The notes under the pieces were generated by a model, which worked only from the letters and a program-made list of their open reading frames with translations, had not been told where the DNA came from and did no database searches. The position numbers were made by a program, and so were the translations under genes. DNA of 64,000 bases from an uncultured Nitrospiraceae bacterium. GTDB lineage: Bacteria > Nitrospirota > Thermodesulfovibrionia > Thermodesulfovibrionales > Dissulfurispiraceae. The stretch is from assembly GCA_964392915.1 (NCBI GenBank), contig CAYMRS010000006.1:14756-78755 (forward strand), in the 5' to 3' direction. Shown in pieces: positions 58,817 to 64,000 of this stretch (position 1 is its first letter; the number at the start of each line of letters is the position of its first letter).

Positions 58817-58858
58817 ATAAGCCGTGACGGACATCAGGCGCGTCGCGGCTTATTTTTT
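58817..58858 (+). terminator. intrinsic terminator after purB
   Basis: A 13-bp stem pairs ATAAGCCGTGACG with CGTCGCGGCTTAT (one G-U pair) around an 11-nt loop, followed by a T-run. Confidence 0.8.
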
Positions 58859-59110
58859 GAACACTCCTCTGAGCCGCTTTTTTACTGCGCAAGACACTCG
58901 CAAAATACTCAAATTGCTCATACAGTTCTGCCCTTGACGGTTCGTGTTTGCTCTCAGTATCATTCTTCATGGTGGTGTCTCCTTTCCTTTTTTGTTGATT
59001 GCACGTTCAACATTGAAAGGTTACACCGCCTAACTCAATTTACACACCTTTTGAGGATACCTCAGACGATTTCCGGGGCGCTGATTAAGAGGCGGCAGCA
59101 ATAGATCTGT

Positions 59111-59830
59111 TTATGATTGCGTTTTTTTGACTCCGACATAGTTGGCAAAGTGCAGATCCGTTCCATTTTTATATCCGGAAGACCATCTTTCTGCTATGTA
59201 ATTTACCAGAGGATTTGAAAGGCCATTCAAAAAAGAATAGTTCACATTATCTTCGAGGTGATGCCGCGCATGGTTTTTCTTCGGCAACAATAATCGGACA
59301 CGCATAAGAAACAGAGTTGAAGGCGAATTCGAGTTGTGACACAGATAATGCGAGACTTCCGCCAAAGAGGAAAGAACACCGAAATATACCAGACCATAGA
59401 GCAATACCGGACTCACGCCGGTCAGATTCAAAACAACAACTACAGCTGTCAGATAAAAAGCGAGCCAGATCTTTGACCCTGTTTCTTTAAAGTAGACGAC
59501 ATGCAGGGGGTTGTCTTCATATCTCGGCGTCTTGTGATGCAGGTGAAATTTTGCGATTAATGGGCCGGCAAATGACTCATAGTTGTCGTTTTTGTCCATA
59601 TACATATGAATCAGGCCGTTGATAAAGTCCGCCATGAAATATGCCAGGCAGAATACCGCAATGTGCCACCAGAAGCCAATTGAGAGCGGCAAGATGCGGT
59701 ACAGTAAAAACAGTTGCAGCGTTATGTTCACGATGGAGACCAACGTGTCTATGCGTTTGTATGAAGGGTTGTTTTCATACAAACGCATAGCCTTATTAAA
59801 CTGCGCCTGCTTAATCTCCAGAATCGTCAA
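59111..59830 (-). CDS. CarF/TMEM189-like membrane fatty-acid (plasmanylethanolamine-type) desaturase family protein
   Basis: 239-aa polytopic ORF with His clusters (NGLIHMYMD, KFHLHHKTP, SHYLCH, KKNHARHHLED). The C-terminal block LLPKKNHARHHLEDNVNYSFLNGLSNPLVNYI resembles the TMEM189/CarF block (..PRKHHRIHH....ETYFCITTGWLNYPLE), recalled from memory. Confidence 0.65.
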   Translation of the reverse strand: MTILEIKQAQFNKAMRLYENNPSYKRIDTLVSIVNITLQLFLLYRILPLSIGFWWHIAVFCLAYFMADFINGLIHMYMDKNDNYESFAGPLIAKFHLHHKTPRYEDNPLHVVYFKETGSKIWLAFYLTAVVVVLNLTGVSPVLLYGLVYFGVLSSLAEVSHYLCHNSNSPSTLFLMRVRLLLPKKNHARHHLEDNVNYSFLNGLSNPLVNYIAERWSSGYKNGTDLHFANYVGVKKTQS

Positions 59831-59962
59831 TCCTTCCCTCTATGAAGAGTGTGCCAGTGGAACGATCTGCGGTCAGGCCGAATAAGCGGGTCCAAAACAA
59901 GGGGAATTGGAAAGCGCAAAGGAGAGTGCATGCTCGGCTACATACATGTTGATAACCTGTCA

Positions 59963-60898
59963 TCAGATTGAGGAGCCGAATGCTGAAAGGCATCGCGCTG
60001 CGAATTCTTCCCACGTGAAGCGGTGTTCCTGTGTGCCATAGTTTTCGATGGCATACACCGATGCTACAGCACCCATGCGGCAGGCCACATCCAGCGGTTT
60101 CCCCATCAGCATGCCCTTGATAAGCCCTGCGCGATAGGCGTCGCCTGCGCCGGTCGGGTCAATCACCTTGGCGACCGGCGCGACCGGCAGTGGAACTTCC
60201 CCTTCTCTGGTAACAATAAGCGAACCTTTTTCGCCAAGAGTGGTGATAACTGTTCCGGCATGCGAAAGCAGACCTTCCGGATTCAGGCCCGTCATCTTCA
60301 TGACAAGTTCAAGCTCGTAGTCATTGACAATCAGAATAGCGCTGCCCGCAATCCACTCCCGGAGCGCTGCTCCGCTCCACGCTGTAAGCGACTGTCCGGG
60401 GTCGCATATGAACGGAATTTTCTTCTGGCGGTATGTTGCGGCGAGCTCTGCCATATCGTGCAGATTGCCTGCGGCGATGATGCCGATAGATTGAGATGCG
60501 TCGGCATTGCTGAATTCAAATCTTGCCCGATGCTTCATCGCCCCGGGATTGAATCCTGTAATCTGGTTATCTGCCTTGTCGGTCGTAATGTAGGCACCGG
60601 CGGTAAACTCCTCCTGTACAATCGTCAGGCTTTCGGTTGATATTTCGTTCTGCTTCAGCCATGCGAAGTAGGTGGCGTAATCCTTGCCGATGGTTGCAAT
60701 CAGCGTCGGCTTTTCCCCGAGCAGCGCGAGCGTGTAGGCAATATTGCCGGCGGTGCCTCCCAGCTTTTCCTGCATGCCGTTCACGGTAAAACAGACATTC
60801 AGAATGTGAATCTTGTCCGGCATAATGTGGTCGGAAAACCGCCCCGGAAAGTCCATGATGCGGTCATATGCCATTGAGCCGGATACATAAATATTCAT
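59963..60898 (-). CDS. PfkB-family carbohydrate/nucleoside kinase (adenosine kinase-like)
   Basis: 311-aa ORF with ..GGTAGNIAY.. and the PfkB signature ..VIDPTGAGDAYRAG... Confidence 0.85.
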   Translation of the reverse strand: MNIYVSGSMAYDRIMDFPGRFSDHIMPDKIHILNVCFTVNGMQEKLGGTAGNIAYTLALLGEKPTLIATIGKDYATYFAWLKQNEISTESLTIVQEEFTAGAYITTDKADNQITGFNPGAMKHRARFEFSNADASQSIGIIAAGNLHDMAELAATYRQKKIPFICDPGQSLTAWSGAALREWIAGSAILIVNDYELELVMKMTGLNPEGLLSHAGTVITTLGEKGSLIVTREGEVPLPVAPVAKVIDPTGAGDAYRAGLIKGMLMGKPLDVACRMGAVASVYAIENYGTQEHRFTWEEFAARCLSAFGSSI

Positions 60899-62686
60899 CT
60901 ACTCGTTCTCCTTGTGATTGAGGATCTGCAGCAGTCGTTCAGCGGAAGGCCGGGTAATGCCTTTGATGTTCATAATATCATCTACGGATGCATTTCTGAT
61001 ATTGTCGAGGCTGCCAAAGTGACGCAAGAGCGCAAGCCGCCGCTGCGGGCCGATGCCCTGAACCTGCTGCAGAACCGATTCGCTCAGCCGCCTGTCCCTG
61101 AGCTTGCGGTGATAGGCAATGGCAAACCGGTGTGCTTCGTCGCGGACGCGGCGGAGGAAGAGCGATGATTTGCTGGCGTCATCTATCGGCACAATCATGT
61201 CATCTGCCAGAAACACGCGGTCGGGCTTTTTTGCGAGGCTGACGAGATCGCGTTCTATTCCCAGTTCGGCAAGAACCTGTCGCGCAACGTCGAGCTGCCC
61301 GCGTCCCCCGTCGATGAGGATCAGATCCGGAATTTTATCGCCGAGATTCTGGAGCGTTCTCTCAATGGTTTCACGCAGCATGGCGTAGTCATCGACGCCC
61401 GAAACGCCGGCAATCCTGAGATGGCGGTAATACTCTTTTTTGAATTCGGCATTTTCTGCATAGACAAACGCACCGATTGATTCGCTTCCATGAATGGTCG
61501 AGACGTCGAAGGCTCCGATGGTGCGAGGGAGTTCGTGCAGTCCGAAGCGCGCCCGGATGTCGGCAAGCATGTCATCTGTGGAGCGGCTTGTTTTCCGCTC
61601 ATAGGCAAGCCGGGCGTTCTCGTTTGCCATGACCACGAGCTCCCGCTTTTTCCCCCTCTTCGGGGCCGCAAGAATGACCCGCTCCTCGCGCCGCCTCGTC
61701 AGCCACTCTGCCAATATGCCGTGGCTTTCCGGCAGGAGATCGGCGACAACAAGCGGCGGCGGCAGAATATCTTTGGCGTAGAAACTCTGAATCACGTCGC
61801 GGAGTATTTCGGCAGGATCACCGTTTACCGGCCTGTCAATCACATAGTCACGGGCACCAATCAGAATCCCGCTTCTGACAAACAGAACATCAACAGCCGC
61901 GCGCTGCCTGTGTTCAGTGTCTCCGCCATAAAATCCGAACGCATCAAGATCCCCCAGCTCCGGAGCTATAACCTTCTGCGCCTCAAATGCCTTCCGCAGC
62001 AGGGCAAGACGGTCCCGCAGCCGAGCCGCCTCTTCGAAACGGAGGTCTTCCGCAAGGCTATGCATCCGTGTTTCGAGCCGCTGGAGCAGATTCTGCTTCC
62101 GGCCTTTCAGAAAGAGGACAACGTCATCGACAACCTTCCGGTAATCCTCTTTGCTGACCAGTCCGGCGCAGGGCGCAGAGCAGCGCTTAATCTGGTGTTG
62201 AATGCAGGGGCGCACCGGTTCGGCGATGTCGTGCTTGCAGGCGCGGACCGAAAAGTTCCGGCGAATGAAGTCAAGCGCCTCCCACATCGCCTGCGCGGGA
62301 ACATACGGGCCGAAGTAAAGACTGCCGTCATTTTTCACTCGCCGCACCACCTGAAGGCGGGGCCACTCTTCCTTTATCGTGATCATGATGTACGGATAGC
62401 TTTTGTCGTCGCGCAGGACAATGTTAAAAGGCGGTTTATGCTGCTTTATGAGAGTTGCTTCGAGAATAAAGGCTTCCAGTTCGTTGCCGGTCGCGACAAA
62501 CGAAAAATCCCGAATAAGCCGAACCATTCGTGTTTTGCGCGCATCGAGATCCGCAGACCGTTGAAAGTAGCTCCGAAGTCGGTTCCGCAGATTTTTCGCC
62601 TTGCCAATATAGAGCACCACTTCCTTCCGGTCCTTGAAAATATAGACTCCGGGATTCGTCGGCACGCTGGAGAGGTCGGGCTGCAT
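60899..62686 (-). CDS. uvrC: excinuclease ABC subunit C UvrC
   Basis: 595-aa ORF with a GIY-YIG N-terminus (PGVYIFKD....VLYIGKAKNLRNRL), a UVR domain (..LRFEEAARLRDRL..) and a C-terminal HhH (..LLRHFGSLDNIRNASVDDI..). Confidence 0.95.
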   Translation of the reverse strand: MQPDLSSVPTNPGVYIFKDRKEVVLYIGKAKNLRNRLRSYFQRSADLDARKTRMVRLIRDFSFVATGNELEAFILEATLIKQHKPPFNIVLRDDKSYPYIMITIKEEWPRLQVVRRVKNDGSLYFGPYVPAQAMWEALDFIRRNFSVRACKHDIAEPVRPCIQHQIKRCSAPCAGLVSKEDYRKVVDDVVLFLKGRKQNLLQRLETRMHSLAEDLRFEEAARLRDRLALLRKAFEAQKVIAPELGDLDAFGFYGGDTEHRQRAAVDVLFVRSGILIGARDYVIDRPVNGDPAEILRDVIQSFYAKDILPPPLVVADLLPESHGILAEWLTRRREERVILAAPKRGKKRELVVMANENARLAYERKTSRSTDDMLADIRARFGLHELPRTIGAFDVSTIHGSESIGAFVYAENAEFKKEYYRHLRIAGVSGVDDYAMLRETIERTLQNLGDKIPDLILIDGGRGQLDVARQVLAELGIERDLVSLAKKPDRVFLADDMIVPIDDASKSSLFLRRVRDEAHRFAIAYHRKLRDRRLSESVLQQVQGIGPQRRLALLRHFGSLDNIRNASVDDIMNIKGITRPSAERLLQILNHKENE

Positions 62687-62749
62687 TCTTTACTATAGCA
62701 AAATGAAGAAGACCGAAGTCTTCCTTTCGCCTCCTGTTATAATAATGCC

Positions 62750-64000
62750 ATGTCTTTTTTGAAAAGCTGGAAAATTCTTCTCCTGCTCATGTTCCTCGGT
62801 CTTGCACTGGGATCTGGCGCGGGATTTTTTTTCTGGACGATCTCGGATCTTCCTGAAATCAGGACCCTCGAAACTTACCGGCCGATAGAATCATCCCTCG
62901 TCTATTCTGCTGACAACAGAGTGCTCGCCGATTTCTATATCGAACGGCGCACGTTTCTGCCGTCCCGGCAGATTCCGGACCGCTTGAAAAAGGCTATTGT
63001 CGCCATTGAAGACCAGCGGTTCTACTCGCATCCCGGCGTTGACATCATCGGCATTCTCCGCGCGCTCTACAAAGACATCCTGGCGCGGAAGATTGTAGAG
63101 GGCGGCAGCACTATCACCCAGCAGCTTATCAAGATGCTCTTTTTGAAGCCTGAAAAAAGCATCGTGAGAAAAATAAAAGAGGCGATGATCTCCGTGCAGA
63201 TAGAAAAAAGGTATACCAAGGATGAAATCTTAGGCATGTATTTGAATCAGGCATATTTTGGTTCGCAGGCATATGGCGTCGAGGCCGCCGCTCAGGTATA
63301 TTTCGGCAAATCCGCCGGAGAGCTCACGCTGGCGGAGGCCGCCATGATCGCAGGGCTCCCGAAGGCCCCATCCCAGCACTCGCCGTTCCGCAATCCCGAA
63401 AAGGCGAAGCTCCGGAGAAGTCTTGTTCTAAATAGCATGCTGGAGCTCGGCTCTATAACGAAGGCCGAGCACGCCAATGCGAATCTTGAACCGCTGCCCA
63501 CTTCCCGGTTTTCCCGCCGGTACGAAGCGCCGTATTTTGTCGAATTCCTGCGCCAGCAGATTGAAGTCAAACACGGAGACAAGATATACACCTCCGGCAT
63601 GAAGATTTATTCGACTCTTGATTTCGGCTTGCAGCAACATGCGGAAGCCGCGGTGAAGCACGGGGTGCGCTACATGGAAAAGCGCGTCAAAAAGGGCGTA
63701 CAGGTCGCCCTGATTGCTCTTGACTCCCGTACTGGACAAATACGCGCCATGGTCGGCGGCACCGACTTCTGGGATACGCAATTCAATCGTGCCACACAAG
63801 CGTTGCGGCAGTCGGGCTCGGCATTTAAGCCGTTTGTCTACGCCACGGCAATCGAAGCCGGCATGAAGCCGGAAGATACGATTCTGGACGCGCCGATTTC
63901 CTTTCCCGGCGGCAAGCAGGGAAGCCTCTGGTCGCCAAAAAACTACGACAACAAGTTCAGCGGCGAGGTATCGCTGAGAACAGCGCTTGCCCTTTCGCTC
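62750..64000 (+). CDS. mrcA: penicillin-binding protein 1A family (bifunctional transglycosylase/transpeptidase), 5' part running off the window
   Basis: The frame is open from ATG 62750 to the window end. It is absent from the ORF track because it has no stop. It has an N-terminal TM helix and GT51 motifs (AIEDQRFYSHPGVD, GGSTITQQL, RKIKE, YLNQAYFG). Confidence 0.9.
   Translation, partial: MSFLKSWKILLLLMFLGLALGSGAGFFFWTISDLPEIRTLETYRPIESSLVYSADNRVLADFYIERRTFLPSRQIPDRLKKAIVAIEDQRFYSHPGVDIIGILRALYKDILARKIVEGGSTITQQLIKMLFLKPEKSIVRKIKEAMISVQIEKRYTKDEILGMYLNQAYFGSQAYGVEAAAQVYFGKSAGELTLAEAAMIAGLPKAPSQHSPFRNPEKAKLRRSLVLNSMLELGSITKAEHANANLEPLPTSRFSRRYEAPYFVEFLRQQIEVKHGDKIYTSGMKIYSTLDFGLQQHAEAAVKHGVRYMEKRVKKGVQVALIALDSRTGQIRAMVGGTDFWDTQFNRATQALRQSGSAFKPFVYATAIEAGMKPEDTILDAPISFPGGKQGSLWSPKNYDNKFSGEVSLRTALALSL

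Overview
This is a 64-kb chromosomal window from a diderm (Gram-negative-type) bacterium, shown by Pal/YbgF, LptD, an MsbA-like exporter and LPS-core glycosyltransferases. Sampled lines of two housekeeping genes hand-count to about 60% G+C. It carries futalosine-pathway menaquinone genes and selA. I cannot name the taxon. I support about 57 protein-coding genes, one tRNA-Leu(GAG), no rRNA and no CRISPR array. Most of the window is housekeeping: panE, hisF, selA, serA, purA, serC, a uvrA-family gene, pal-ybgF, moaA, queF, trpF/trpB2/trpB/trpA, accD, folC, lptD, truB, purB, uvrC and a PBP1A 5' part. The clear accessory region is a roughly 9-kb type I restriction-modification operon (12669-21794) between serC and comF/tRNA-Leu. 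Its six ORFs are joined by ATGA overlaps or direct stop/start abutment. It carries passenger genes: a YhcG/DUF1016 nuclease, an AlbA_2 stub and RhuM. Its hsdR is split by a frame change. Most unusually, hsdM holds a DUF559 (Vsr-like endonuclease) module inserted in frame and bounded by 23-bp inverted repeats. Other points worth a second look: a 126-nt nested palindromic element inserted in frame in a lipoprotein gene; two perfect 16-bp parS palindromes 2.8 kb apart, one abutting an IS3 remnant; a 727-aa multi-domain orphan type IV pilin-like gene wedged inside the trp genes; a TrxB-like flavoprotein lacking the canonical NADPH motifs; and a CarF/TMEM189-like desaturase in a low-GC islet. All calls rest on reading the translated ORFs and the DNA by eye. 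No database search was possible.
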